A stretch of 64,000 nucleotides of DNA, from assembly GCA_951406725.2 (NCBI GenBank), contig OX597834.1, forward strand, positions 45,446,001-45,510,000, read 5' to 3'. This document shows positions 26,340 to 39,805 of the stretch, one piece after another (position 1 is the stretch's first letter; every line of letters starts with the position of its first letter). Source of the DNA: Octopus vulgaris. Taxonomy: Eukaryota. The notes below the pieces were generated by a model, which saw only the letters and a program-made list of their open reading frames with translations, was not told the DNA's origin and made no database searches. The translations under genes and the position numbers were made by a program.

Positions 26340-27405
26340 TGCTGATGGCGATGGTTGCTATTGTAGTTGGTCGTGATGGTACTGATGTTGGGATTGGTGG
26401 TGGTGGTGGTGATGTCCATGGTGCTGGTAGTAGTGGTGGTGGTGACGTTACCGCTGCTGTAGTGGTAGTTAGTGGCAGTAGTCACATTAGTACTGTTTCA
26501 GTTGATGATGTTGAAGGTGGTGGTGATAATGCAACTGAAATTAGTGATGAGGATGGTGGTGGCAGAGGAAGATGGGGGGTGGGGTACTGTTGTTGTGTAT
26601 TTTATTGTTGGTGTTGGTGACGGAGGTAATCGCCGTCGACGTCGACGTATAGCTACGGCTGTTGTAGTTGGCAGTGGTACTTCTGGATGCTGCTTTTGTG
26701 GTTCATGACAGGGAAGCTAGTGTTGGTGGTAGTTCTGCAGTTATGACTGGTGGTGGCGGTGATGGTGGTGTTGGTATGGTACTACTGACAAGGATGTTGG
26801 TGTTGCTGGACCTCGTATGGCTACTGCTATTGTGGTTGATGGTGTTACTGGTAATGGTGGTGGTGATGGCAGCGGCGGTAGCGGTGGTAGCGGTGGCAGC
26901 GACGGTAGCGGCAATAGCGGCGGTGGCTGAGGCGGCGGCGATAGTGGTGGTGGTGGTGGTGGTTGAGGTGATGGTGGTGGTGGCGGCGGCGGCGACGGCG
27001 GTGGTGTTGGTGGTGCTGGCGCTGGTGAAAGTGGTGATGGAGCAGTAGTGAGAGTGGTGGTGGTGGTGGTGGTGGTGCAGCTGCTGCCGGCAGTGCTGCT
27101 GCTGGTAGTGCTAGCGGTAGTCCAGCTGGTGCTGGTATTGCTGTTGTCGGTTTCGTTAGTGGTAGTGGTACAGCTAATATAGTTGGTGTTGGTAGCATTG
27201 GTACACCTTTGATGTTGATACCGGCAATGCTATTTGAGTTCAGGTTGCTAGTGGTACTGCTGGCAAATTAGACACTGCTTCAGTGGTTGGTGATGGTAGC
27301 TGTAGAGGTTGTAGTGCTACTCAAATATTTGTTGGGGAGGTTCTTCTAGTGTCATAGTAATTGTTGGTGGTGGTCATGTTGCTGGTACAGCTGTTATTGT
27401 GGTTG
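26340..27405. repeat. Degenerate (GGT/GGC/GCT)n trinucleotide low-complexity tract
   Basis: Seen directly. The ORFs here are poly-V/A/H artefacts. Confidence 0.85.
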
Positions 27406-27406
27406 T

Positions 27407-27574
27407 TACTCACTTTTTGTTTCAGTCATGTTGGAGTACAGCCTTTGCTCGAACAAATCGAAGCCTAGTACTTATTTTATCGGTCTCTTTTACCGAACCG
27501 CTAAATTACGGGGACGTAAATACAATACCATCTGCTGTCAAGCGATGTTGGGGGGACAAACATATACACACACA

Positions 27575-27616
<42 letters not shown>

Positions 27617-27729
27617 CGACGGGATATTTTCAGTTTCCGTCTACCAAATCTATTCACAAGGCTTTGGTCAGCATGAGGTTATAATAGAAGACACTTGCCC
27701 AAGGTGTCACGCAGTGGGACTGAACCCGG
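27407..27729 (-). mobile_element. SINE family A
   Basis: Reverse complement of the family A body and tail. Confidence 0.88.
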
Positions 27730-28289
27730 TTGTCGATTTGGTTGCTGCTCATTTAGTTATTGTTGTTGTTGCTATTATTTATTCATTTTTTATTATTTAT
27801 TCATTTTTGCTGTTGTGATCGTTTCTGTTGTTGTTATTAATGTCCCTGCTATTGCTTTCGTTCCTCCTGTTGTTACTGATGTCACTGATGTTAAAGATGA
27901 GGTCATCATTGCTATTTTCGATTTTATTTAACACCAAGTCTAATGAGATACACCAAAAGCAGAATCTAAAACTCCCCAGCCTTGATTATAACATCATACT
28001 CACATAAAACGGACCAAGGAAAAGAGACTACAATTTGCAGGAGATTCGATGGTTATTTTTCACAGATCGAATGACCGACTGTTTCCCAAGTTCACCTGAG
28101 GACATGGTGCTGCATGTGGGCAACCGAAAACGTCTGACATGAGTCTATTTTATCTAGCTGTTTTCTCTTTTCTCCTCTAAATTCCCTACCCAAGAAGGAC
28201 TCTTACTTTTCATTCTTCCTGCAACGTGAAGCTACTAAATCGAAGCTTACTGGCACACAACTAGCCTCCAAACGACAAAACTAGCCTGG

Positions 28290-28680
28290 CAAAGATTGAC
28301 CGCTATTTCCAGAATCTTGCCGTATGAATTGAGACTAAGGCCCTGTTCAAAGATGCTGCAAGCGCAGTCAGAAAGCCTATGGTGTTCTTTGCTGCTGACC
28401 ACGGCTTCGCAGTCTCCGCAGCAGCTGCGCATCTCACATCTTTCAGCTTTGCAGTGTTCATTGTGCACTGTTCAGCCGTCATGATGTCAGCGTTCTGAAA
28501 CCCGGCATGAAACTTGTTACAGGCATTTTTTCCAGTATCCACATGGATTCCAGTTCTTCATGTCAGTTAACATTTTCTCAATTACAACTTCAATATTTGC
28601 GCTCACCAACGCATTTGACAGTTCCATTATACATCAAGCTGTTCCTCAAATAAGACATAAAAAGCGTCAAATTTAGCCCA
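28290..28680 (-). mobile_element. Possible Tc1/mariner (maT/DD37D-like) 5' fragment
   Basis: Minus-strand ORF ...KFHAGFQNADIMTAEQCTMNTAKLKDVR...NTIGFLTAL... loosely resembles maT-type transposase N-termini. No catalytic motif is visible. Confidence 0.3.
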
Positions 28681-28696
28681 AAAGCTCTATATCTGC

Positions 28697-28753
<57 letters not shown>

Positions 28754-28945
28754 CATGTGCATGCGTGTGTGTTTGTGTGTGCGTGCGTATGTGTGTTTAA
28801 ATATTGTCTCTGCCAGATAGTCAGTTCATCCACCATATTACCATTACAATGATATCTTCGCTTTCTCCTTCCCTCCTACTTAACTTATCACAACTCTATG
28901 CAATTATATACAACTACAAATATACAATTATTTCTATTTATTTAT

Positions 28946-29246
28946 GCGCCCTTTTCAAGCCTAGACAGGCTCATGAGCCCGGCTTCCCAGTTTTCTGTGG
29001 CGTATGTTTTCCCCCCAGCTGAAGGGGACGCCAGTCCATCGCAGCGTTGCTCAAGAAACAGGAAGAGAGAGAGAGTGAGAGAAAGTTGGGGCGAAAGAGT
29101 ACAACAGGGGTCGCCACCACCCCCTGCCTGACCCTCATGAAGCTTTAGGTGTTTTCGCTCAATAAACACATACAATCTAGCAATCGAAACCGCAATCCTC
29201 CGATCGCGAGTCCGCTGCCCTAACCACTGGGCCATTGCTCCTCCAC
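28946..29246 (-). mobile_element. SINE family B
   Basis: Reverse complement of 29440-29752 over its full length. Confidence 0.9.
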
Positions 29247-29439
29247 ATACACAGCACAATTAAATACAACTACATCCCATGCAGTGCACAGGCTGTTATT
29301 AGGTTACCAAAGGGATCTCTTTAAATATAAGTACAACAAAACTACCACATTCATCTCGTAATGGCTTTTATTTTTAACCCAATACAGATATTTTATTGGT
29401 TCTTCGGTAATAATCTTATCTTGTTTAGTTCCGCATTTA

Positions 29440-29752
29440 GTGTGGAGGCGCAATGGCCCAGTGATTAGGGCAGCGGACTCGCGGTTGGAGGATCGCGGTT
29501 TCGATTCCCTGACCGGGCGTTGTGTGTATTTATTAAGCGAAAACACCTAGAAGCTGCACGAGGCTCCGGCAGGGGATGGTGGCGACCCCCTGCTGTACTC
29601 TTTCACCACAACTTTCTCTCACTCTCTCGTCCTGTTCCTTGAGCAACGCTGCCATGGACTGGCGTCCCGTCCAGCTGGTGGGGGAGCACATACGCCACAG
29701 AAACCGGGAAACCGGGCACATGAGCCTGGCTAGGCTAGGCTTGAAAAGGGCG
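29440..29752 (+). mobile_element. SINE family B (tRNA-derived head)
   Basis: gtggaggcgcaatggcccagtgattagggcagcggactcgcggttggaggatcgcggtttcgattccc has A- and B-box-like motifs. The body is shared with the copies at 22525, 28946 and 47693. Confidence 0.9.
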
Positions 29753-30229
29753 ACGTTTATCGCTTATCGTTATCTGCATTTAGCCAATTTTTACCGAATT
29801 GCAGAAGTCACTGAAAGTCCTGCTGAAGTTCGAGTGGAGACCAACTTTTGTTTCTTAATTGTATGCTCATTGGTTCAGCGATTACAAAGTTCCTCGTCAT
29901 TCGAGATAAATCAAAGTACGCGTTTATATAAAGAGACAATTGCCATCACGTGAATATTAATAATATATATGAATGCAATGAAGTTGCTTACATGAACGCC
30001 AGATATCAATAAATATGTAAATGAAACTCTGATAAATAAGACTTCCATATTTTGTAAAGAATACATTACTATGATTTATCTCCGTCGTAATCATATCAAT
30101 TGCTCTTTTCTCTCTCTCCCTCTCTCTCACTCTCTATCAATCTGTCTGTCTGTCTCTATAACTATTATTTGTCTGCAAGTCTGTCCCTCTCTGTCTGTCT
30201 CTGTCTTTCTCTATATATATACCTCTCTT

Positions 30230-30284
<55 letters not shown>

Positions 30285-30285
30285 G

Positions 30286-30368
<83 letters not shown>
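30230..30368. repeat. (TATC)n microsatellite
   Basis: Seen directly. Confidence 0.97.
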
Positions 30369-30534
30369 GTGTATCTGTCTGTCTGTCAGTCTGTCAGTCT
30401 GTTTCTTTATCTATCCATATATCTAACATACTACTTTTCAATTTATTTATCTAGTCTCATTCAACCTGTAATTCTCTCTCCCCTCTCTCTCTCTCTCTTT
30501 CTCTTTTTTTGTACTTGTATATATGCATTCACAT

Positions 30535-30581
<47 letters not shown>

Positions 30582-31174
30582 CTCATATATATAAATATAC
30601 TTAAATATAAATGTATATACATAAATACAAGCATATATATATATATATATATATATATAAATCCCATTTAATAAATTATATTGGATGATGTTATGTAAGA
30701 TGAGTTCATGGAAACAATAGGATATTGATCGATAATATATTACCGAAGAATAAGAGTAAAGTTTTGGCAACAAGTCAAATTTATTCGAAGATTAACATGA
30801 AACATTTACAGACAGCAAATATAGGATTCCTTCATTATGCTTGAATGCCATAATAATAAAAGGCAATTGCTCGTTGAATGCGTAGGTTTTCTCTAATAAT
30901 CGAGATTGAAATGCTAGCGGATAATATCGATATTAATTACGAATTGTAAGAAAATTGGAAGAATTAATTATAAGCCTGAACTAACGTGGCCTTAGAAAGT
31001 GTACGCTTGGTAGTGAATGCGCTTTGTCTGGTGTGTTTAACATTGAGCAGATAATTTTATGCGTCTCTATGTAAATCGAATCAACAAGGATATTCGATGA
31101 GTCGACTAGAGAACGAGGAAACTATTGAGCTCAATGTTTTACCAAGTATGAATTTAAATATTGAAGAATTGGAA

Positions 31175-31590
31175 GCGTGGCTGAGTGCTATGAAGCTTGC
31201 TTTCTAACCACATGGTTTCGGGTTCAGTCCTGATGCATGGTACTTTATGCAAGTGTATTCTACTATAGCCTCCAAAGCCGACCAAAGCCTTGTGAGTGAA
31301 TTTGGTAGACGGAAACTGAAAGGAGCCAGTTGTATGTGTGTATATGTGTGTGTGCGTGTTTGTGTGTGTTTGTATGTGTATTTGCTTTTGCGTGTGTGGT
31401 TACATGCTTGTCCCACACAACAGATTATCAACCTTTGTTTAGGCTCTGCAACTTAATAGTTCGGTTCAAGAGAACGAGAGAATAAGTACCAGGCATGAAA
31501 GGTGAGTCGTGGAATCGATTCCTTCAACTGAATTTCTCACAGATCGAGCCACATCGTGGCCTCACTCTATTGAATAAAACAAGCAAAAGA
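31175..31590 (+). mobile_element. SINE family A, diverged
   Basis: gggttcagtcc...gccgaccaaagccttgtgagtgaatttggtagacggaaactgaaag...aaacaagcaaaaga. Confidence 0.85.
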
Positions 31591-31597
31591 TTATACG

Positions 31598-31851
31598 GTA
31601 CTCGCTTTATTCTCTCGGTGTCTTTTGCTGAACTTCTAATGTTACGGGGATGTAAACACACCAGCATCGGTTGCGAAGCGATGTTGGGGGGACAACTACA
31701 AACACACACACACACACACCGTCTACCAAATCCACTCACAAGGCTTTGGTCAGCCCTAGGCTATAGTAGAAGACACTTGGCCAAGGTACCACGCAGTGGG
31801 ACTGAATCCGGAACTATGTGGTTGGGAAGCAAGCTACTTACCACACAGCCA
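31598..31851 (-). mobile_element. SINE family A, tail-to-tail with the preceding copy
   Basis: Reverse complement of the family A head and core. Confidence 0.88.
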
Positions 31852-32541
31852 TAAGATAAATCGGTACCATGATATGGTTTACTACACAAATCCCAATTTA
31901 TTTTTTCAGGTAATCATCCAGGCAAGATTTGAGCTCTGATCCAAATTATGGTAAACATTTTGTCGCAGGATATAACGTTTCTAACTATTCACATGTGATA
32001 GCGATAATCATATTAATAAATTTTGGTCTTCACACGAAGCCAGCCAAGTTCAAGAAAGAGGATAAGTCAATGCCATCGACTGCTTCTATATTTTATCCAT
32101 CCTCGGGGTGGGGTTCAAGGGTAAATTTGACCTCGGTAGGATTCCAATACAAAACATGAAGGGCTGTTATCAAATACTAGTCAGCATTTTATTTGACGCT
32201 CTAATGATCTTTTCAAGACAATTCAAAACTCTCGACAACGAAAAATAATACAGTTCGTCGTCAAATATGAAATTTGTAGAAAAGAAAAAAAGTTTGCTAA
32301 TGTTTTGTAAATACAAGGAATAGTTTTATTCATCAAAGCATTCACCCATATTGTCAATACACTTTTGCCATCCCAGCTGTAGCAATCTAGAGTGAATAAA
32401 ATCTTGGAAGGCCCGTTTTGCAGCATCGCCAGAATTTTTTTTGTAGCAAAAAATTATCTAAATTCTGGAAGAAGTGGTAGTCATTGGGGCCAATGACATT
32501 TTTGCACATTCTTGTTACTTATTCACACACACACACACACC

Positions 32542-32607
<66 letters not shown>

Positions 32608-33164
32608 CGTGTGTGTGTGTGTGCGTCTGTCTGTGTATGAGTGTGTAGGTGTGGGTGTGGGTGTGTGGGTGTATGTGTGAGTGTGCGTGTACGCAATTCT
32701 CATATATTAATACTTGCGTGTTTCCATACATCTCCAACGTCTCTCGGGGGAGAAATCTTTATCAATATAAATATGCAAATCAATATGAGAAACTTAACCA
32801 CCCCATCCCCCTCATTCCCCACCGTCACCCACTTTGCAACTACTTATGTGGCCTTCACGGTACTCGTTAATTCACTTCAATGGATTAATTAGATGTTAAT
32901 TGTAGTTTGGGAAACTACAAGCTTCACTCGATCCAATTAAAATCAATGACTTTCTGTTTAAATTTATTATTTTGTTTTTTATCGTGTTTTTCTTTTTTTC
33001 TTGTGGGTGGGTGTTTCGATATATCAATTTGCATGAAGCGAATCGGTAGGATATCGATGGTTTATTGAGATCGTCTTGGGTCTCGTGGTTTCTAATGTTA
33101 CCCATGATGCATTTCTCATGTATTTGTATTACTGACGAAAACAAGGAAACAACTGGGATAATAC

Positions 33165-33457
33165 TGCTGTTGTTGTTGTTGTTGAGGATGATTATGATGA
33201 TGATGATGATGATAGTGGCAGGATGGTGGTGGTGGTGGTAGAGCTGGATGCGCTAGTGGTGGAGGTGGTGGATGTGCTAGTTGTGGTGTTTATGGTGGAG
33301 GCAGCTTTGGCGGTGATGATGATGAGGGTCAGCAACTTGTTGCTGCTTTTAAGGATGATGATGATGATGACGACGACGATGATGATGAGGAGGATGATGA
33401 TGATGATGGCGATGAGGACGACGACAATGACGTCGCCGAAGATGATGAGGGTGAGGA
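33165..33457. repeat. Degenerate (GAT/GGT)n tract
   Basis: Seen directly. Confidence 0.85.
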
Positions 33458-33692
33458 ATACCTATTTCTTTACTTTTCACAAGGGGTTAAACACAGAGGG
33501 GACAAACAAGGACAGACAACGGATTAAGTCGATTATATCGACCCCAGTGCGTAACTGGTACTTATTTAATCGACCCCGAAAGGATGAAAGGCAAAGTCGA
33601 CCTCGGCGAAATTTGAACTCAGAACGTAACGGCAGACGAAATTCCACTAAGCATTTCGCCCGGCGTGCTAACGCTTCTGCCATTTCGCCGCC
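33458..33692 (-). mobile_element. SINE family C (tRNA-like head; central domain resembling the Meta/Sauria-SINE core)
   Basis: Reverse complement of ggcggcga..tggcagaagcgttagcacgccgggcgaaatgc...gagttcaaatt..gtcgactttgcctttcatcctttcggggtcgat. Confidence 0.9.
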
Positions 33693-33759
33693 TAAAAAGC
33701 GACCTTCGTAGAATATAAAACTTCAGTGAAATCACCGATAGCCTGCTATCTCATCATCG

Positions 33760-33905
33760 CCGAGTTCAAACTCCGCTGAGGTCGACTTTGCTTTTCATCC
33801 TTTCTGGGTCGATAAATTATGTACCAGTCACGTGCTGGGTGCGATCTAATCGACTGACCCACTCTCCCAAAATTTCGGGTCTTTTGCCTAGAGCAGAAAA
33901 GAATA
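33760..33905 (+). mobile_element. SINE family C, partial
   Basis: gagttcaaactccgctgaggtcgactttgcttttcatcctttctgggtcgataaa. Confidence 0.85.
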
Positions 33906-34199
33906 TTCTAATAGACTTTCGTTCCTTTGAATTAAATCCTCATGGGCAACATGCATCGGATAACGAACACCCTGATTGATTTCTATCGACGAGAACATTT
34001 TAATTAGTTACGTTTCATTCACGAAAGGAATTTCACCATCAAAATAATCATAATTACAAACGAAATCAATAGTAATTCGCATTTGAAAATGATAATGATA
34101 ATCGTTATAATCAATATAATTTCACAGTTTAAATAGTAAATAATTATTATAATCAATACAATTTTTATAGATCAATTATTAATTATTATCATTATAATG

Positions 34200-34685
34200 T
34201 GGCGAGCTGGCAGAAGCGTTAGCACGCAGGGCGAAATGCGTAGCCGTATTTCGTCTGCCGTTGCGTTCTGAGTTCAAATTCCGCCGAGGTCGACTTTGCC
34301 TTTCATCCTTTCGGGGTCGATAAATTAAGTACCAGTTCCGCACTGGGTCTATATAATCGACTTAATCCGTTTGTGTGTCCTCGTTTGCCCCCTCTGTGTT
34401 TAGCCCCTTGTGGGTAGTAAAGAAATAGGTATTTCGTCTGTCTTTATGTTCTTAGTCCAAATTCCCTCCTTGTGCGTAGAATAGCTAAGAATTGTTAGCA
34501 CGCCGGATGAAATGCTTAGCGGTTTTTTCGTCCGTCTTTTTGTTCTGATTTCAAATTCCGCCTTGGTAGACTTTGCCTTTCATCCTTTCAGGGTCGATGA
34601 AATAAGTACCAGTTACGCCCTGGGGTCAATGTAATCAACTGACCCCCTTCCCCGCAAAATGGTCAACGCCTAGCGTAGAAATAAT
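34200..34685 (+). mobile_element. SINE family C, tandem or nested copies
   Basis: A full copy at 34200-34428, a restart at gtatttcgtctg (34429), and a second copy at about 34475-34685. Confidence 0.9.
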
Positions 34686-35014
34686 TAATAATTTTCATTA
34701 TGATAATTAGGACTTAAGCAACCTTTCCGCTTCGTATCAAATTTCGTTGTCGTGTTTTCATCGCCGTTACAGAATCCGTCGATGAATAAACGTCAGAAAC
34801 CTAACACAACCCTCTTTGATGCATTAGATGAAGGCCAAAATTCTTTTGAAAACTGTTTAATGTCTTCTTTTTTTCTTATAAATAAATCTAAACTAAATCT
34901 ACAATAAAATACGACAGTTACTAATCATGAGAGATGGAAGTAATAATTTCAGTGAAATTATGGCTCCCTCTGCGTGACTGTGTGTCTGTTTGGGAACATC
35001 TGTGTATGTATACA

Positions 35015-35056
<42 letters not shown>

Positions 35057-35129
35057 TTATAGATAAATGGGAACGATACAGAGTACATTATACACACACA
35101 GGTACGCACATACATCCATATATATATAC

Positions 35130-35164
<35 letters not shown>

Positions 35165-35369
35165 TGAGACTGTGTATGTATCTATGTATATATTCATATA
35201 CAAATTTCTGTGTCTATGTGTGTGCGTGTGTGTGTGTGTCTGCGTTCAGACATAACATTCGAATTTTTAATTTCAAGTGATAAATTTATAAGTAGGTGAG
35301 TGATAAATATTACTATTGTTATCATTGTCAGTTACATTATAGTTAGTTTTCTTCTAATTGTTTTGTTGT

Positions 35370-35416
35370 TTTATTACTATTGTTATTATTATTATTATTA
35401 TTATTACTATTGTCAA

Positions 35417-35477
<61 letters not shown>

Positions 35478-35541
35478 GTTATATTTTTTGTTATTTTCAT
35501 TATTATTATTATTGTTATTCTTCTTCTTCTTCTTCTTCTTC

Positions 35542-35615
<74 letters not shown>

Positions 35616-35628
35616 GTTATTTTTATTA
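35370..35628. repeat. (ATT)n/(CTT)n microsatellite
   Basis: Seen directly. Confidence 0.95.
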
Positions 35629-37237
35629 GTAGCAGCAGCAGTAATACATCAGCGAACCAAGCGATAAAGCTATAATGGCGGCCATCGAAAGCTTTATTAA
35701 TCGAGGTTTTTCATTAAGTTTACGACTTCACAAATTTGTCTGGAGATATTTTTCCTCTTGTGGCCAATCATTACCTCCTTGTCAGAACTGGTTGTCGCTG
35801 TTCCAGTTTCTGTTGTTAATGGCGATCTGAACTGAATATCTATTATCCTTTCACATATATTCTGTGTAAAAGTAGTTGAAATTTATCTAAAATATTGTAG
35901 TATTAAAATTTCTTGATATATCAACTGAAATGTGTATCTATCTTTGAACTGTAACCATAATATATGTTCTCCGTCTACGCTACAAAGCTACAAATACACT
36001 CTTTTGTGTGTTTCTCCCATTTAGGTTGGCGATGCAGCGATTAAGTTTTCAATTTGTTGATTTTAATATTGCTTCTAAATTCTTTTGAACTATTTAACAT
36101 GATAATATATCCCAGTCATCGCGTTAATACCGTTTCTATTCTCGCCGTTAACTTACAAGTCACCATTGATTTCTCCTTAGGCAATCATTTAAATCAGACG
36201 TCTACCATTTTAATGTCTAACAAACACACATACGTAAGCATAGTCGGCCATTTTTATGTCTCACACAGACACGAGCACCAAACTCCTCACATCTCGTCAC
36301 ACAATGACACATACTCACACGCGAATACACACAAACACACAAACACACATACAGACTCACGCGCGCGCACACACACACACACACAACCACAAATGCCTAT
36401 ATTTGTCAATTTCCATCAAATCTTGACAATAAAACAGAAATATTCACCGTGCAATTGATCCGTTAAATAAACACAATGAATACGAATAAATGTTTGGAAA
36501 ACTCTCAATAACAGACTTTCAAGACAAACATTTCCCTTACACGGAATTGATGAATGAGATATCAACCAACTTCAAGTACGGCTCCGTTCGAAAGCTGTTC
36601 CAACTAAACAAGATATTTCTATTGCTAATCATATGATGACAGTACTTGATGCGATATTGACATAGAACCATATTATCGACATTATTAAAAATATTTACGG
36701 TAAACCATAAAATAATGTGCATATACGACAAATAGGATTAACTTTAGCACGTTGTTTGGTAGACTTGACAGACTCGATAAAATTTTTTGTTTCCAAAGTT
36801 CTTCGATTAAAAATTCCCGAAGAATGCCAACATTATCACAATGAAATGCTTCAGAACAATAGTGTTTTATACACTATACTAACAATAGTATTTTATACAA
36901 TATCCACATGCACACGCAATCAAACTTACACACGCACACACAACCCATACACACACCCAAACATATACTCCTAACGCACACACAAATTCAGTATTCTGTA
37001 TGTGCGGCCATATAAAATCGTACCACTCCACATGCGTATGTATAAGTATATATATACGGAAAGACATACAAACGTGTCTGCTAGCACATATATTTAAGCA
37101 GATATCTGTATTTTCCAATATTAAACATGTCACTGCTTGGGATATTAAATAAGTACCGATAATAGAATGTGTCAGTTTAATTAAAAATTCCTCCTTCAAA
37201 ATGTCACCTTTTGTTCAATGTAAGAAATTTACTATCA

Positions 37238-37278
<41 letters not shown>

Positions 37279-37409
37279 GTTGTTGTTGTTGTTGTTGTTA
37301 TGGTTGTTGTTGTTATTATTATTATCATCATCGTCATCATCCTCATCATCATCATCAGTAGTAGTAGTAGTAGTAGTAGCAGCAGTAATTAATCTGTGGG
37401 CTGGCATAG

Positions 37410-38320
37410 TCGTTTGGACGATTATATTTCAGGGCTGCTCGCTGTCACCTTTTCTGTATGTGCTGGCCCTCGAGCCAGTGCCGCGGAAGTTGGAACACTT
37501 AAGAGACCTCTCTTTCGAAATTGGACGCAGGATGGCAGTGTCTACATACGCGGACGACGTTACCGTGAAGGTGTCGAACACCTCCGAAGTGGAGACGGTC
37601 GGCTCCATTGTAAAGGGATACGAGTCGTTTGCAGGGACTAAAATCAATGCCGACAGGTCAGTGGGATTGCGAATGGGCAACAGGAGTGACAGATCGATGC
37701 CGTCAGACGTTGGACTGACGGACCAGTGAAACTGCTTGGGATCTGCTTTGCTCCCGATCTCTAGGTGGATAAGAATTGGGATGAGGTGACGAAGTGGGTG
37801 ACCCTTCTTACCCAGAAATGGGCAGAGAGGAAGTTGTCTATGAAAGGCCGGGCAGAGTGGGCGAATGTCGACATCACCTCTGTCATTATTTATCGTTTAA
37901 CCGTTGTGCCTTGAGCCTAGTTAGTGCTTGATTAGATTGGACCTTATCCAGTTTATTTTCAGGTGTTCAGTCTGCTGCCAAGTTCCTTTGTGTGGCGGCT
38001 TAGGTATGTCATGGATTGTAATGCACAGACACGCACTCAGGTTGCGCCACCGGCAGCGATTTCCAGAAGGTGAACGTATGTGGGCTCCGTTTGTGAGACA
38101 CGCCTTTCCGTAGCTCGTCTTCTAGACAGAACTGCAGTTTTGGGTAAAGGATATGCCGAGAATGGGCACGTGGAATTTAGAATGTCAGGTGCTTATTGTC
38201 CTCCATAAGTCGGGCAACAGGAGCGTTGGATGTTCCACTTTAGATATTTATAGAAGATTAGTAGCGGGGAGGAGCGACGACGATATAGGGGAAACCCTAG
38301 GCGTCGACGAAGATGAAATG
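37410..38320 (+). mobile_element. Tx1/L1-group non-LTR retrotransposon RT fragment (pseudogenised)
   Basis: IFQGCSLSPFLYVLALEP...STYADDVTV...YESFAGTKINADRS, then VKLLGICF..DKNWDEV..WAERKLSMKGRA, with stops and frameshifts. Confidence 0.88.
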
Positions 38321-38556
38321 GCCAAACCGCTAAGTTACGGGGACGTAAACACACCAGCATCGGTTTTCAAGTGATGTTGGGGGGACAAACACAGACACAC
38401 AAACATATATACACACACACACATATCTATATATATACATATATATGACGGGATTCTTTCAATTTCCGGCTACAAATTCCACTCACAAGGCTTTGGTCGG
38501 CCCGGGGCTATAGTAGAAGACACTTGCCCAAGGTACCACGCAGTGGGACTGAACCC
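38320..38556 (-). mobile_element. SINE family A adjoining the Tx1 fragment
   Basis: ccgctaagttacggggacgtaaacacaccagcatcg...ccacgcagtgggactgaaccc. Confidence 0.9.
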
Positions 38557-38557
38557 A

Positions 38558-38593
<36 letters not shown>

Positions 38594-38661
38594 TGTATGT
38601 ATATATGTATGTATAGATGCACACATACATACACACACACACTCATACGTTCAGACACACA

Positions 38662-38767
<106 letters not shown>

Positions 38768-39442
38768 CAGACAGTCTAGTTTTTTTCTGGAGTAGCCAAA
38801 GCAGCATCAGATGTGAAATTCGTGATCCCGATCTGGCAATCGTGAGTTCGTCTCCATAAAAAGTAACCCACCCGATGAGCTTCCGCAGTGTTTCCGTTAA
38901 TTACTTTCAGTCACCAGACTTAGTAAAAAGAATTGCCTGAAGTTTGAAGGCAGAACAATTGAATAGGAAGCAACGCGGTTGCAAAGCGATCTTCTTAACC
39001 CAACATACATTCTTACACACAACCTTCATTTTGAATTTCGTTTGTGCTTGAGGCGAATTCTTTTAGCTTTATGTTTTTTTTATTTATTTTTAATTATTTG
39101 TTATTATTATTGCGTTTTTCAACACAATTCGTCTTGAAATGATGTGTTCATCCAGTAAATTTATTTACAACTAATGCACAGACAAATGAAATTAGAGTAG
39201 AATTAAAAATTACAAAGACAAAAAGAGAACAGCAATCATTATAAATAGAAAATGTCGAAAGACAGCATTAGATTCAATAAGAAGAAGACAATATATCGAA
39301 AGTAAATTTTGTTCTATTCTTAATAAACAACAATGGACTGTAGTATTTATGGGGAAGTGGTCGAACGGGGTATGTAGGTAAATCGAGAAACCATTTCAAA
39401 ATTGTTGAATTGAAAAAAATAGAACAGACATCAACATTTTTA

Positions 39443-39512
<70 letters not shown>

Positions 39513-39527
39513 TATTATTATTATTAA

Positions 39528-39720
39528 GGCAGCTTGCTGTCAGAATATTTAGCGCGCCGGACGAAATGCTAAGCGGCATATCGCTCGTCACAATGTTCTG
39601 AGTTCAAATTTAGCGTAGGTCGATTTTGTCTTTCATCATTTCGAGGTCGATAAAGTAACTACCAGTGAAACACTGAGGTAGATCTAATCGACACATCCCA
39701 TCCCCAAAATGGCTGCACGT
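39528..39720 (+). mobile_element. SINE family C following (ATT)n
   Basis: ttagcgcgccggacgaaatgctaagcgg...gagttcaaatt..ctttcatcatttcgaggtcgataaa. Confidence 0.85.
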
Positions 39721-39805
39721 ATGGCATTATTATTTTCATATTCGCACAACAGATTTGATGGCTGGAAAAGAAAAATAAATCCCAACATCGATCTACAAGT
39801 AATAT

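Noticed and set aside
26216-27198. Gly/Val/Ala/His-rich ORFs that resemble low-complexity exons
   Set aside because: A degenerate GGT/GGC repeat, open in several frames on both strands, with no domain or convincing splice structure.
29440-29515. Possible tRNA genes (also at 204, 15131, 44304 and 47920)
   Set aside because: Each continues into a multi-copy SINE body and lacks a clean cloverleaf, so they are treated as SINE heads.
33560-33610. ggatgaaagg and ccgaaagg in SINE-C as a hammerhead
   Set aside because: There is no CTGANGA box and the motif order is wrong.
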